A stretch of 64,000 nt of DNA from IMG/VR virus record IMGVR_UViG_3300025133_000076. One strand, 5' to 3'. Made by a program: the position numbers and the translations under genes. This DNA is from an uncultured virus (IMG/VR IMGVR_UViG_3300025133_000076). Lineage: Duplodnaviria > Heunggongvirae > Uroviricota > Caudoviricetes. The notes under the pieces were generated by a model. That model worked only from the letters and a program-made list of their open reading frames with translations, was not told the origin of the DNA and did no database searches. Below, in pieces: positions 29,471 to 38,916 of this stretch (position 1 is the stretch's first letter; every line of letters starts with the position of its first letter).

Positions 29471-29629
29471 TAGAATATACACCCTGCGCGTGAATCGCGC
29501 AGGGTGTATATGCGTGCGTGCGGAAAGTTTGTCAAACTTTTGGCCGGGCAAAAGATTGACAAATATATATTGTATTTTCGTTTCTACATCAGCTATTCTG
29601 TCGTGTAACCACAAAGGCTGGGAGGCCAA

Positions 29630-30079
29630 ATGTCACTTGACGATTATAACTACTACAATGATTCACGCGTACGCGCAGGAAGCAGAAACGACTGGTTTGA
29701 CTCCTTTGATGCGTCCACCATGACGGCAGAGGTTTCTGTAGAGGATGAGGATGGCAACGAAATTGTAGAGGATATGCCTGTAAAGTATGAGGTTTGCGAT
29801 ACCTGCGAGGGTAGCGGCTCTCATGTCAATCCATCGATTGACTGTAATGGCTTGACCTCTGAGGACTTTTACGACGATCCAGATTTTGCAGAGGATTATT
29901 CCTCTGGTCGTTACGACGTAACTTGCTATGGATGTGGCGGGAAGCGAGTTGTGCCAGTTGTTGACGAAATTCGGCTGAATGATCGTCAAAGAGAGGTGTT
30001 GCACGAAATTGAGGAGAATGCTCGATACGAGGCAGAGTACCAGGCGGAGGTTGCAGCGGAGCGTCGATTCGGTTGCTAA
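29630..30079 (+). CDS. Phage protein with CxxCxGxG zinc-finger motifs
   Basis: CDTCEGSG and CYGCGG. Confidence 0.75.
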   Translation: MSLDDYNYYNDSRVRAGSRNDWFDSFDASTMTAEVSVEDEDGNEIVEDMPVKYEVCDTCEGSGSHVNPSIDCNGLTSEDFYDDPDFAEDYSSGRYDVTCYGCGGKRVVPVVDEIRLNDRQREVLHEIEENARYEAEYQAEVAAERRFGC

Positions 30080-30147
30080 AAAGAAGGAGAGGGGCTTCGG
30101 CCCCTTTTCTGTTTGTAAAATGTCAATCTTTTGCCCGGCGGAGCCGG

Positions 30148-30516
30148 TTATTCTTTTTCGACTTCAGCCATGGCCGCCCACAATTTTGCCTGCACTTTCT
30201 TAGACTTGGGCCACCGCATAGCCTCATATTGTGCAAGCTGCAACTTCACTTCTGGGGTCGCCACCACTTCTCCGTCAAAAAGAGCAAGGTGCAAATCTGC
30301 TTCTTCAACAGACATAGGGCTATGCTCTTGCTCTTTTCCGTTTATATTCATAATTGGCTCCGTACCCATAAACATCTTTAGCCAACTGACAAATCGCTTA
30401 CGATTTGCCGCCTTCTTTTCCTCGGGAGACATACTTTCATATTCACGCCTGCGTTCGTGTTCTTCTTTTGTTCTGGCAACAGGCTCGGTTCCTTTCCAGT
30501 CTTTACGCTTACTCAC
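30148..30516 (-). CDS. Hypothetical protein
   Basis: GGAGG RBS, GTG start; 122 aa. Confidence 0.65.
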   Translation of the reverse strand: MSKRKDWKGTEPVARTKEEHERRREYESMSPEEKKAANRKRFVSWLKMFMGTEPIMNINGKEQEHSPMSVEEADLHLALFDGEVVATPEVKLQLAQYEAMRWPKSKKVQAKLWAAMAEVEKE

Positions 30517-30646
30517 ACATACCCTCCTTATTTGGGCAAAAAATTTACATATAAAAAAGAGGCAGAGTATTGTTCCCCCGCTCTGCCAACGGTCGCCTTT
30601 CGCTCATCAAACAGACTTCATTTGCCTGCTGATGCCAGAGATCGAT

Positions 30647-30901
30647 TTATTTCAATTGATTGTCCTTACAGACAATTGCGGTTCCTACGATTGGTTTTCG
30701 GGCCAACATTGAAGCCTTGGTGTTGATAGGCAGACTTTTCAGCAACCCTTCTTCGTCCACAATCAGCAGCTTGCCTCCCGTCAATGACACCAGCTCAATG
30801 TAGCCGCCTATAGCTTCTTGGAGTTCGTCCAACTCGAAATTTGTTCCATTCTTTGGAATTACCTCTGTTTCATTTCCAGATGCATTGATAATAAAAGCCA
30901 T
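30647..30901 (-). CDS. DUF3846-like phage protein
   Basis: LDELQEAIGGYIELV...VDEEGLL..LPIN..AS...IVG. Confidence 0.8.
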   Translation of the reverse strand: MAFIINASGNETEVIPKNGTNFELDELQEAIGGYIELVSLTGGKLLIVDEEGLLKSLPINTKASMLARKPIVGTAIVCKDNQLK

Positions 30902-31044
30902 GTTCTCACCTTCCTTGTTACAAAAGAGTATAGTTGATGTAGAAATAAAAGTAGAATAATCTACTATAAGACCGGGCAAAAGATTGACAACTAATAATCT
31001 ACTTTTATTTCTACATCAACTATCTTATATCGAAGGGGCGAATT

Positions 31045-31737
31045 GTGGAAAGAAACGGAATATATTACGCCGGAGACATTCATGGCGTTGCTGCATATGT
31101 TGCGGAGATTGACCGAAAAGCTATTGAGCATGGAATAGACATTGTTGTTCAGGTTGGAGACTTTGGATGCCACTTCGTTAAAAGCTGCCCTATTGTAAAG
31201 TATTTTGAGAAAAGAGCACGGCAGGACCGCCCCGGTCCAACTTGGTATACTTGTGGCGGAAACCATGATAATTGGCCAAAATGGTCCGAGATGGCCGAGG
31301 CTCAAGGTAACCCCCAGCTTGTAGAGCTTGCTCCCGGTTGTCACCTTGTTCCACGCGGAACCTCTATTGAGCTGGATGGAGTGAAGCATCTATTTTTTGG
31401 CGGAGCTGAATCTATTGATATAGGCTACAGGACAGAGGGCGTTGACTGGTGGCCTGAAGAATCTCCTTCCGTCGAAGAATTCAATAAATTCTTCGAAAGA
31501 ATGGAAATAGACCAGCCAGAGGTTATTGTTACGCATGAGGCCCCACTTTGTATTGAGTTGAATCGGCCAGGCCGAGAATCACAGCCCACCCCACGTAACC
31601 TTCAGAATATCCTGAAGCACAATGACCATACACCCGCGTATTGGTATTTTGGCCATCACCATATAAATAAAGTTTGGATGATTGATGGAGTTACTTTTTC
31701 ATGCTGCGGCCTGCATGGGGACGCGGTACTTGGATAA
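31045..31737 (+). CDS. Calcineurin-like metallophosphoesterase
   Basis: GDIHG, VGDFG, GNHD, THEAP, FGHHH. Confidence 0.85.
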   Translation: MERNGIYYAGDIHGVAAYVAEIDRKAIEHGIDIVVQVGDFGCHFVKSCPIVKYFEKRARQDRPGPTWYTCGGNHDNWPKWSEMAEAQGNPQLVELAPGCHLVPRGTSIELDGVKHLFFGGAESIDIGYRTEGVDWWPEESPSVEEFNKFFERMEIDQPEVIVTHEAPLCIELNRPGRESQPTPRNLQNILKHNDHTPAYWYFGHHHINKVWMIDGVTFSCCGLHGDAVLG

Positions 31738-31753
31738 TATATAGGAGGATAGG

Positions 31754-31930
31754 ATGAAATTTTCTGATCAGCTTGAGGAGATACGAGCGCGTGCATCCGA
31801 GCAAAATTCAAACACAAATGATTACTGGAGCATTTCCAAGTGTCAGGAGGATAGGCGCATGCTCTTGCATTATATAGATAAATTGCTTGAGCTTCATAAT
31901 AATACTCGTGAAATCATGCAAAATGTATGA
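31754..31930 (+). CDS. Small hypothetical protein (not in ORF track)
   Basis: AGGAGG RBS; MKFSDQLEEIRAR..., 58 aa. Confidence 0.6.
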   Translation: MKFSDQLEEIRARASEQNSNTNDYWSISKCQEDRRMLLHYIDKLLELHNNTREIMQNV

Positions 31931-32025
31931 TCCCCTTTGGGCAAAAGATTAACATCTTTTGCTTTTCATTTCTATTTCTACACCGACTATAACTGTGTGT
32001 AAGCGAAGAAACACTGGAGGATAGA

Positions 32026-32361
32026 ATGGGACTTGACCAATACGCGTTTGCTCGTAAGGACGGAGAACAGATTGAGATTGCTACTTGGCGTAAACACGCT
32101 GACCTTGAAGGCTGGATGGCAGGAGTTTATCAGGCTCGAAATCCATCGAAAGCTAACCATGAGTTCAACTGTGTCGAGTTGAAACTGTTTGAGGGAGACT
32201 TGGCGCGACTTGAGGCGGAGCACTCCAACTTGGAGCAGGCTATGGGATTCTTTTGGGGGACTTCTTATCCAGAGGATGTTTCAGATACTCAAGCCTTTAT
32301 TGATAAGGCGAAGGTTTTGATGGAAGATGGATGGGAAATCATCTATACTTCATGGTGGTAA
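32026..32361 (+). CDS. Conserved phage hypothetical protein
   Basis: MGLDQY...WRKH..L.GWM...FNC...GFFWG...YTSWW. Confidence 0.8.
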   Translation: MGLDQYAFARKDGEQIEIATWRKHADLEGWMAGVYQARNPSKANHEFNCVELKLFEGDLARLEAEHSNLEQAMGFFWGTSYPEDVSDTQAFIDKAKVLMEDGWEIIYTSWW

Positions 32362-32363
32362 AC

Positions 32364-32456
32364 ATGGATTGGGACGATTATGTTGAAATCGCCTTTTTTA
32401 TTGCGATTGGACTATTCCTCGGTTATATGCTAATTGGGGACCTAACGGGAGGATGA
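32364..32456 (+). CDS. Small membrane peptide
   Basis: 30 aa with one hydrophobic helix, fills an operon gap. Confidence 0.45.
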   Translation: MDWDDYVEIAFFIAIGLFLGYMLIGDLTGG

Positions 32457-32457
32457 G

Positions 32458-32700
32458 ATGAGTTATTGGATTATTGAAAAGCGTGATGATGCGATTATGG
32501 GGTTTGTAAATGGGACCCAAAGCCAACGAACCGCAGCTGGCCCGTTTGACTCATACGAAGAGGCTCTTGAGGTGAAATCGCAAGGATATCGACGTGCAGG
32601 CTCGTATTATTATACTGTCGTAGAAAACAGTAGCGAGCCAAAGGCCCGAACGAACGAGTATGAGTTCGTAGACGCGGACAGGGAGTTTGATGATGTATAA
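32458..32700 (+). CDS. Hypothetical protein
   Basis: GGAGG RBS; 80 aa. Confidence 0.7.
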   Translation: MSYWIIEKRDDAIMGFVNGTQSQRTAAGPFDSYEEALEVKSQGYRRAGSYYYTVVENSSEPKARTNEYEFVDADREFDDV

Positions 32701-32941
32701 ATCTAAGGACGCAAAACTTTTGCCCAGTGCCTTCGGGGGTGGCTCGGAAGCTGCATGGCTTGAACTGATCAAGGGTGGGAAATCTGATAAGCGCATGCAC
32801 ACTATTTATGTGCTTGATGATGGAGAGACATACTCTGGGAGGCCAACTGTGCCAGTAGAAGTTACTCAATCCGAGTTAGAGCGTATTGAGGGCGGAGAAA
32901 AGGTTTATAACGTAGTTCCCGATTGGGACAGGATGGCGTGA
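32693..32941 (+). CDS. VLDDGETY-domain protein (untagged homolog of 11230..11613)
   Basis: IYVLDDGETY...ELERIEGGEKVYNVVP; exact start uncertain. Confidence 0.65.
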   Translation: MYKSKDAKLLPSAFGGGSEAAWLELIKGGKSDKRMHTIYVLDDGETYSGRPTVPVEVTQSELERIEGGEKVYNVVPDWDRMA

Positions 32942-33036
32942 TATGATGAAGCTTACACTTATACGCAGATATGTGGTGAAAGTTTCACTTCTATTTCTAC
33001 ATCGACTATAAAAGAGCGTAACAAGGAGAATGTATA

Positions 33037-33363
33037 ATGAGTTGGAATGTACCAGACGATTGGAATAGTTATTATTATTCATGCGGATGCCATGCGTCCG
33101 AGGGCGGATGCTCCTGTAAGGAAGGCCAGCTTGAAGAGGCCGAGCGACCTTGGCTTGAAGAGTCAGGCTATGAGCTGGATGGAGGAATATGGTCGCAGAC
33201 GATTTCGATAAAGGTGCGTACATGCAGACGCGACCATCAAGACGGTGGGATCAAGAAGGGTGATAAGTATCGTGAGCACACCTCCAGATGCATTGACGAT
33301 GAGGACGGAAGTTCTTGGATTGTAAAGAGAAAGCGTCGAATCAGTCCAAAGGCTGTGCGATGA
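33037..33363 (+). CDS. Hypothetical Cys-containing protein
   Basis: Promoter motif and AGGAG RBS. Confidence 0.7.
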   Translation: MSWNVPDDWNSYYYSCGCHASEGGCSCKEGQLEEAERPWLEESGYELDGGIWSQTISIKVRTCRRDHQDGGIKKGDKYREHTSRCIDDEDGSSWIVKRKRRISPKAVR

Positions 33364-33581
33364 TAACTCCGGACGAATACAATGCTTTTGTCGTAGAGTG
33401 GCACGCAGGGTTCTATCGCCATCAGCGATTTGGACAAGCTTTTATAAATAAGTTTATAGCAGAGGAGGCTGGAGCCTCCTCAACTTCTAAGCTATTTTAT
33501 GAGGACTCTCTGGTGAAGGCCAAAGAGTTGGCGTGGATTATGCATGTAGACGCACATGGGGCTATGTCGGCAGGGGAGTAA
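33360..33581 (+). CDS. Hypothetical protein
   Basis: ATGA overlap; QRFGQAFIN motif. Confidence 0.65.
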   Translation: MITPDEYNAFVVEWHAGFYRHQRFGQAFINKFIAEEAGASSTSKLFYEDSLVKAKELAWIMHVDAHGAMSAGE

Positions 33582-33628
33582 TGCCCCTGGGCAAAAGATT
33601 TACACACGCTTGTAAATCTTTTGCCCTA

Positions 33629-33754
33629 TTACGGGAGTCCGAGCACCGCTACACAGGTAAGTGTTGATACGATAGAGCCATAAATAACTCCAATAAAAAC
33701 TCCTGTGCTAAAGACTCCCGCTCCTTTTATATAGTTTATAACTTTCCTAATCAT
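33629..33754 (-). CDS. Small membrane protein (not in ORF track)
   Basis: MIRKVINYIKGAGVFSTGVFIGVIYGSIVSTLTCVAVLGLP; AGGGG RBS. Confidence 0.55.
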   Translation of the reverse strand: MIRKVINYIKGAGVFSTGVFIGVIYGSIVSTLTCVAVLGLP

Positions 33755-33784
33755 TATAACCCCTTAGAAGGTTATACTATAAAA

Positions 33785-33893
33785 GCAAGGGAGGCATTGG
33801 TAGCGCAGCTAGATTTTTTGGGGCGGATGCCTGTGTCGCTATTTAGCGATGGCTTATCGCCTAGTTGCTTTGCCGTCCAACACTCTCCCTTGC
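33785..33893 (-). ncRNA. Candidate ~109-nt stem-loop RNA
   Basis: 5' GCAAGGGAG-A-GTGTTGG pairs with 3' CCAATGC-CTCCCTTGC; begins at the conserved G of the promoter motif. Confidence 0.55.
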
Positions 33894-33930
33894 AGTATGT
33901 TATAGTTGATGTAGAATTAGAATTAGATTT

Positions 33931-34016
33931 TGGTACCCGAGGCCGGACTTGAACCGGCATGACCTATGGTCGAGAGATTTTAAGTCTCTTGTGTCTACCA
34001 ATTCCACCACTCGGGC
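33931..34016 (-). tRNA. tRNA-Leu (UAA)
   Basis: GCCCGAG...AGAGA-CTTAAAA-TCTCT, long variable arm, GTTCAAGTC, CCA end. Confidence 0.95.
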
Positions 34017-34030
34017 AAAAGCTTGACATA

Positions 34031-34147
34031 TTATCCTCCGATGTGATAGTGCCAAGCGTAAAATACCAAGGCACACCATGCGGCAGTATCAACCCCCGCA
34101 AAAACAATAAGCATTGGGATTCGGTGTCTAATAAGCCATTCTGTCAT
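34031..34147 (-). CDS. Small membrane peptide
   Basis: GGAG RBS; MTEWLIRHRIPMLIVFAG... Confidence 0.5.
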   Translation of the reverse strand: MTEWLIRHRIPMLIVFAGVDTAAWCALVFYAWHYHIGG

Positions 34148-34148
34148 T

Positions 34149-34397
34149 CTATCTCCCTTCGGGCTGCATGAGGAAAAGGGCGGGGGGTGCTTCGCGAACC
34201 GCCAAGCCGACATGACAGGACGTTGTTTGAGACACATACTCCCCAGAGGCAGTATAATTAAAAACTCTAACCTGACAATCGGATCGGTCCCCGATGAGCA
34301 GATTGTACGAAAACAACTTTACCCCATCAGTCCAAAGGTTTCCGGCCCGCGCCACATTTCCATTTAGCCATGCCATTACTACTTGTTCATTTCTCAT
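34149..34397 (-). CDS. Conserved phage hypothetical protein
   Basis: GNLWTDG.KLFSY.LLIG...SQTTSCHV; promoter motif upstream. Confidence 0.7.
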   Translation of the reverse strand: MRNEQVVMAWLNGNVARAGNLWTDGVKLFSYNLLIGDRSDCQVRVFNYTASGEYVSQTTSCHVGLAVREAPPALFLMQPEGR

Positions 34398-34531
34398 CTT
34401 ATCTCCCTCGGTTACATACAGTTATAGTTGGTGCAGAAATAGAAGTTAAAATTGTACTCCCAGCTCGTGGGCAAAAGATTGACGCCAACCCCGAAGAAAG
34501 GCTCCCGGCGCAATGCCGGGAGCCAAGGCTC

Positions 34532-34975
34532 TTAGACCTTCTTTGCGGTTCCCCGGAACTTTACATAGCCCTTCGTCGGGATTCGCGGAATGTTATCGAC
34601 AATCTCGGAGTCGAATAGCGAGAGCATCGCCCGGTAGTTGGCTTGCTCATCTGCGGTCAAGGCCGATACATGGACCTCGACAGCCTGCTTTGACAGGCCG
34701 GACAGTCGGTTCCACAAGTCAACAATATGACTGGGGGCATACTCTCTGGTGCAGCCAAGCTCATGGAGCAACAGGCAGATGGTGGGGACAGAGCGGGCAC
34801 GGTTAGTTCCAGCACGATTGCTGGACGGGCCACGCTCTACGCTTCCCTCTACATTGACGGTGAAGTTGACAGAGGCAGCACTACTCGGTGGCAGCACTGA
34901 TTCGTCGTTTACATCCGACAGCTTGATAAGCTTGGAAAGGGCGATCATTTCGAGGTCAGTTAGGGTCTGGGACAT
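34532..34975 (-). CDS. Hypothetical protein, paralog of 27596..28039
   Basis: Shared motifs; own promoter motif. Confidence 0.8.
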   Translation of the reverse strand: MSQTLTDLEMIALSKLIKLSDVNDESVLPPSSAASVNFTVNVEGSVERGPSSNRAGTNRARSVPTICLLLHELGCTREYAPSHIVDLWNRLSGLSKQAVEVHVSALTADEQANYRAMLSLFDSEIVDNIPRIPTKGYVKFRGTAKKV

Positions 34976-35130
34976 TTCTTTGTCTCTCCTGGAGGGCTGG
35001 TTAGTCTCCCTCTCTGCAACAGGATAGTCGGTGCAGAATTAGAAATGTAATACTCTGGGCAAAAGATTTGCAGAAAATTCTATTTCTGTTTCTGCATCAT
35101 CTATTCTGTGGTGTAACCAAGGGAGAAACA

Positions 35131-35433
35131 ATGTTCATTAGCGCAGATAAAATCATTGACCTCATTCAAGTATGCCGTGATGTAAAGGAACGAATGGGGC
35201 CGGAGGACCACCGGATTCATGTTGATGATATTGCATCTACACTCCAGAAGCTGATTGATGATGAGGTGGCCGAAATGGATAAGATGGCGAAAGAGTTCCG
35301 GTCCCAAGAGGACGAAGAACTCTCCAGCGCTCTTGCCGGCCACCTTGACAGAGAGTGGGGTCGGCTCCAAATGGAGGAGGCTGCGATTGAGAAGGAGTTG
35401 GAAATAGACTTCAACTGGCCTCACGGAGTATAA
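35131..35433 (+). CDS. Hypothetical protein
   Basis: Promoter motif plus GGGAG RBS. Confidence 0.7.
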   Translation: MFISADKIIDLIQVCRDVKERMGPEDHRIHVDDIASTLQKLIDDEVAEMDKMAKEFRSQEDEELSSALAGHLDREWGRLQMEEAAIEKELEIDFNWPHGV

Positions 35434-35440
35434 GCGATGG

Positions 35441-35516
35441 GGGCCGGTAGCTCAACTGGTAGAGCATCGGACTTTTAATCCGGTGGTTGTGGGTTCAAGT
35501 CCCGCCCGGCTCACCA
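35441..35516 (+). tRNA. tRNA-Lys (UUU)
   Basis: Cloverleaf, anticodon loop CTTTTAA, CCA end. Confidence 0.95.
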
Positions 35517-35550
35517 TAAAATATAGTAAAACTTTTGCCCAGGTGGTGTT

Positions 35551-36117
35551 GTGGAAATCCCAGATATTAAAACAATGTTTGTTGAGTTGAATGACGAACA
35601 TTTTGGCGGAAAAATCCCAGACATTCCTGTTGTTTGGAATAAGCGAATGACCACTACTGCTGGTTATTGCCGATACAAGAGAAGCAGAGTGCTGGCTCTC
35701 ATGGGAGACCGTCAAGAGCTTACGGTAACTAAGATTGATTTGTCTTATCAGCTTTTTGAAAAGTTGGGGTTTGACATCGACAAGGTAAAGCGCACGCTCA
35801 TTCACGAAATGGTACATGCGTTTCTTGTGCATACGTACAATGAGCGCGGCCACAAGTGGCGGTTTCAGCAGATGATGACGGATATTACCGGAGAGTATAA
35901 GAATCATCGGTGTCATAACTACGATACAGAGGGACTCCGACGTAAGCAGGTTAAGAAAATCCATTGCAAATGTAGTCGTTGCGGATTTGTCTACCATAAG
36001 GCTCGTATGCCAAAGCACGCTGCCTATTCGGACTACAAGCATAGAGGGTGCGGAGGGAAGATTGAGTTTACGGACACTCGTACAGACGAAGCTTCTTCAA
36101 AGGTGAAAATCTTTTGA
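35551..36117 (+). CDS. SprT-like zinc metalloprotease
   Basis: WNKRMTTTAG, LIHEMVH, GH...F, C-terminal CSRC. Confidence 0.85.
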   Translation: MEIPDIKTMFVELNDEHFGGKIPDIPVVWNKRMTTTAGYCRYKRSRVLALMGDRQELTVTKIDLSYQLFEKLGFDIDKVKRTLIHEMVHAFLVHTYNERGHKWRFQQMMTDITGEYKNHRCHNYDTEGLRRKQVKKIHCKCSRCGFVYHKARMPKHAAYSDYKHRGCGGKIEFTDTRTDEASSKVKIF

Positions 36118-36154
36118 TATAAGATATGCCTCTTTAGAGTATGATGTGAGGTAA

Positions 36155-36988
36155 ATGTATGTATTACTCCTTTACTCTATTATCTTTAGCTGGATTTTCA
36201 CCAGCGATGTAGCTCCGGCCGCAACGGGAGTTGACAGATGTTATATACGCGAATGTCTATGTGAGGTTCGTTCTGGGCCGAAGCCCTCCGCAAAAGTAAA
36301 GGTGGAAATAGAAGAAAGAACAATGTCTGTCTTTTTTGAGGAAGATAAATATTCTTTATCTAAAGATCAATTATATAGAATAAGTCAATTTTTTGCCCAG
36401 TTTAGAGGAGGGACTAATAGTGCCTCTATTATCGGATACACGGATGGGTGTGGTTCATATGAATATAATAAAGACTTATCGGCCCAAAGAGCGGAGGAGG
36501 TTTTCTCTATTGCAAGTAATTTCTTGAATGAGAATACTATCGGAAGAATTTCTGGTGGGGAAAAAAGCAATGGGCATTTAGATGAAGCGCGCAGAGTTGA
36601 TGTGGTTGTGCATACGCAGAGGCGCGTTACGACTGCAATAGAGAAAATCCCTGCTGATTTTTATCTTATAGATGCATCTGGCTCAATGTGGGATGGCTAT
36701 GAAGATTGGAACGATGTGGTCAACGCTTCGGTTAAGCCCAACAGCAAAGTGTTCCTTTCTATAATAGACGGGTGTCGTAACGGCAAGTACATGGCGGACG
36801 TGCGTCCGCATGGAGGCACCGAAATATGGTGGTCGTACTGGAATATTATAGATAGAATGAAACCAGGCCAGACACTTTTAATCGTTTCCGATTTTGAATC
36901 GCAAGTTCCTCTGTCTTCTCGGGAGGCGTGGCGAATAAGAGAAAAGGTGCGTCAGGCAGGAATTATTGTTCGTTCTATTTCGCCATGA
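36155..36988 (+). CDS. Secreted OmpA-C-like peptidoglycan-binding domain fused to a vWA-like domain
   Basis: Signal-like N-terminus; IIGYTD..G..EYN.DLSAQRA..V and RRVDV; LIDASGSM MIDAS, GGT, VSDFE. Confidence 0.75.
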   Translation: MYVLLLYSIIFSWIFTSDVAPAATGVDRCYIRECLCEVRSGPKPSAKVKVEIEERTMSVFFEEDKYSLSKDQLYRISQFFAQFRGGTNSASIIGYTDGCGSYEYNKDLSAQRAEEVFSIASNFLNENTIGRISGGEKSNGHLDEARRVDVVVHTQRRVTTAIEKIPADFYLIDASGSMWDGYEDWNDVVNASVKPNSKVFLSIIDGCRNGKYMADVRPHGGTEIWWSYWNIIDRMKPGQTLLIVSDFESQVPLSSREAWRIREKVRQAGIIVRSISP

Positions 36989-37061
36989 CCGGGCAAAAGT
37001 TTTACAACTAATTTCCACTTCTGTTTCTGCATCAGCTATTCTTCTTCGTAAGGAGGCTGAT

Positions 37062-37226
37062 ATGGAAAGGAAGTATGGTTGGATTCACTCCTGCGGTATG
37101 TTCCATTATCAGTTAGACCATCCAATAGTTTGCAGATTCTGCAACAAAAGAAAAGGCTGGGTTTGGTACGATAGCGAACCCGTGGAGGCAGATGTTCACC
37201 GTAAAAATCACTCACACAATCGATAG
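37062..37226 (+). CDS. Small zinc-ribbon-like protein
   Basis: HSCG...CRFC; AGGAGG RBS after promoter motif. Confidence 0.55.
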   Translation: MERKYGWIHSCGMFHYQLDHPIVCRFCNKRKGWVWYDSEPVEADVHRKNHSHNR

Positions 37227-37297
37227 GAGCCGGACTGCTCGACTCGTAGAGAAGATCAAAATTCGGAAAGAAAAAGAAAGAAAAAAGGAGAAGAAGA

Positions 37298-37627
37298 ATG
37301 TTGACTCGTAGACAATTTTTTGCAAGGATGAAAAAGCTGGGCTTTTCCAAAAGCCGAATGCAAATGACTCGGATCGGCCTTACCTATAGTAAGGATGGGG
37401 ATGAGAGAGTTTCCGTGACGGTCCCCAAGTTTCATGAGCAGACCTTCACTATCCTTGGGGACGTACCCTATAGCGGAATTTTTGTTCAAGCTATTGAGGG
37501 AAGGTCCGCAAACTGGGGGACGCCTGTAGATCCACAGAATCTGGGTCTTGATAATATGCTGGAAGTTTGTCTGGGCCTGCTGTCCGGGGAAATCGAGATG
37601 CGTCCAAACGAAGAAGAGGTGGCTTGA
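37298..37627 (+). CDS. Hypothetical protein
   Basis: AGGAG RBS; 109 aa. Confidence 0.7.
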   Translation: MLTRRQFFARMKKLGFSKSRMQMTRIGLTYSKDGDERVSVTVPKFHEQTFTILGDVPYSGIFVQAIEGRSANWGTPVDPQNLGLDNMLEVCLGLLSGEIEMRPNEEEVA

Positions 37628-37740
37628 TCTACTAATAAACTTAACTTTCATGAAAATTGTTGACGTATTTGCACACGCGAGTACATTGCCCGGCCCGAAT
37701 TATAACTGGGCCGGGCAGCAACAAAGAAATGGAAGTAGGC

Positions 37741-37839
37741 ATGACGGCAGATCAAGCTACAAGGTGGATAATTATAGTAGGGAATACCCTGCTTGGCACA
37801 ACTCTTGCCTTATTGTTTTTATTCTTTTATTTAATTTAG
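37741..37839 (+). CDS. Small membrane peptide
   Basis: Hydrophobic 32-aa ORF. Confidence 0.4.
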   Translation: MTADQATRWIIIVGNTLLGTTLALLFLFFYLI

Positions 37840-37863
37840 CCAGGCAAAAGTTTGACATTCCGG

Positions 37864-38037
37864 CTAAAGTTCTTCCTTCTTTTTCTTACAAAGAGCCTTT
37901 GACTTTTGCCGAAGGCTCTTCTCGATTGAACGCTTATGCTTGCGTGCCTTTTGAGCACTGCGTCCCCCACCGCCGCGATGGAATTGTCCATCCAAATCTT
38001 TTCTTGACTTAAAAAGTTTAGCCTTTCCTTTTTTCAC
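37864..38037 (-). CDS. Small basic protein
   Basis: GGAGG RBS, GTG start; Lys/Arg-rich. Confidence 0.55.
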   Translation of the reverse strand: MKKGKAKLFKSRKDLDGQFHRGGGGRSAQKARKHKRSIEKSLRQKSKALCKKKKEEL

Positions 38038-38060
38038 AGAACCTCCCTGGGGCAAAAGAT

Positions 38061-38459
38061 TTACCCCATATCCTTTTCGGCTTCTTCGCGAATTTCATCG
38101 AATACGGGCCAAACCTTTTCTGTGTGGCTATGCTTCAACCACCCGCAGTAGTACCCGTTGTGCTCGGTTCGCAGCTCAAGCTCCAAATCTCCACCGTGGG
38201 TTTTGATTGTGTAGAAGTCTGTGTCTACCTGTCCCCAATCAGAGGTTTCGGTAGAAACACTTCCGGTGTTGGTGCCAACAACCTCTCGGTTCAAGATGGA
38301 TTCAACATCCTTTTTATCAAGATCCAAAAGGTAGGCGTGGGCACAACAATCACCTTCGGTGAGGTAATGAAACTTATACCCATCTGTCGAGATAACAAGA
38401 CGCTCCCCGTTATCTTCAAGTTGAATATCCCGAATAATATGTCCTACAAGCCTTTCCAT
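38061..38459 (-). CDS. Conserved phage hypothetical protein
   Basis: EGDCC...FYTIKT..G...R..HNGYYCG; ends WPVFDEIR. Confidence 0.75.
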   Translation of the reverse strand: MERLVGHIIRDIQLEDNGERLVISTDGYKFHYLTEGDCCAHAYLLDLDKKDVESILNREVVGTNTGSVSTETSDWGQVDTDFYTIKTHGGDLELELRTEHNGYYCGWLKHSHTEKVWPVFDEIREEAEKDMG

Positions 38460-38483
38460 TATCTCCCTCTCCAGGCAAAAGTT

Positions 38484-38669
38484 TTACTTTTCCGCTTCCT
38501 TCCCTAATCGTTCTCGCTCCTTCTTGGCTCCGACCCCTTTGCCGAGCCGCTGATCAAGAATTGCGATTTGCTGTGCAGCACTTCGCTTCGCTCGTTCTTC
38601 TGCCATAGCTTGAGCCTGCTCTTGAAGCTCTGCTCGCCGCTGGCGACTTCTATTGATTCCTCTTGCCAT
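38484..38669 (-). CDS. Small basic phage protein
   Basis: QQIAILDQRLG.GVGAKKERERL; GGAG RBS. Confidence 0.7.
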   Translation of the reverse strand: MARGINRSRQRRAELQEQAQAMAEERAKRSAAQQIAILDQRLGKGVGAKKERERLGKEAEK

Positions 38670-38670
38670 T

Positions 38671-38916
38671 TTAGTTCTCCTCCCAATCCAGCATACATTC
38701 GCCCGGGTGTGGCTCGTCATCTTCAGGAAGCTTCTCCTTCCATTCCGCTGGAGAAATCCCTGTCATTACAAACTCCCTAAACTCAATGGGGATGCCAGCC
38801 AAAGCATCTTGAATAAGCTCTCCGTCATAATAACGGTCCAGCATAGCTTGTGTTAGGCCTTCGATAAAGATGGTTTGAGTTGTTCCGGTTAGGATTGAGG
38901 TGCGAGTTACATTCAT
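38671..38916 (-). CDS. Conserved phage hypothetical protein
   Basis: RTSILTG...LIQDA...REFVMTGISPAEW. Confidence 0.75.
   Translation of the reverse strand: MNVTRTSILTGTTQTIFIEGLTQAMLDRYYDGELIQDALAGIPIEFREFVMTGISPAEWKEKLPEDDEPHPGECMLDWEEN

Noticed and set aside
24433..35424. Long antisense ORFs opposite GC-rich early genes (e.g. 24570-25130, 25756-26424, 27580-28050, 28106-28681)
   Set aside because: Shadow frames of genes that have promoter, RBS and family motifs on the other strand
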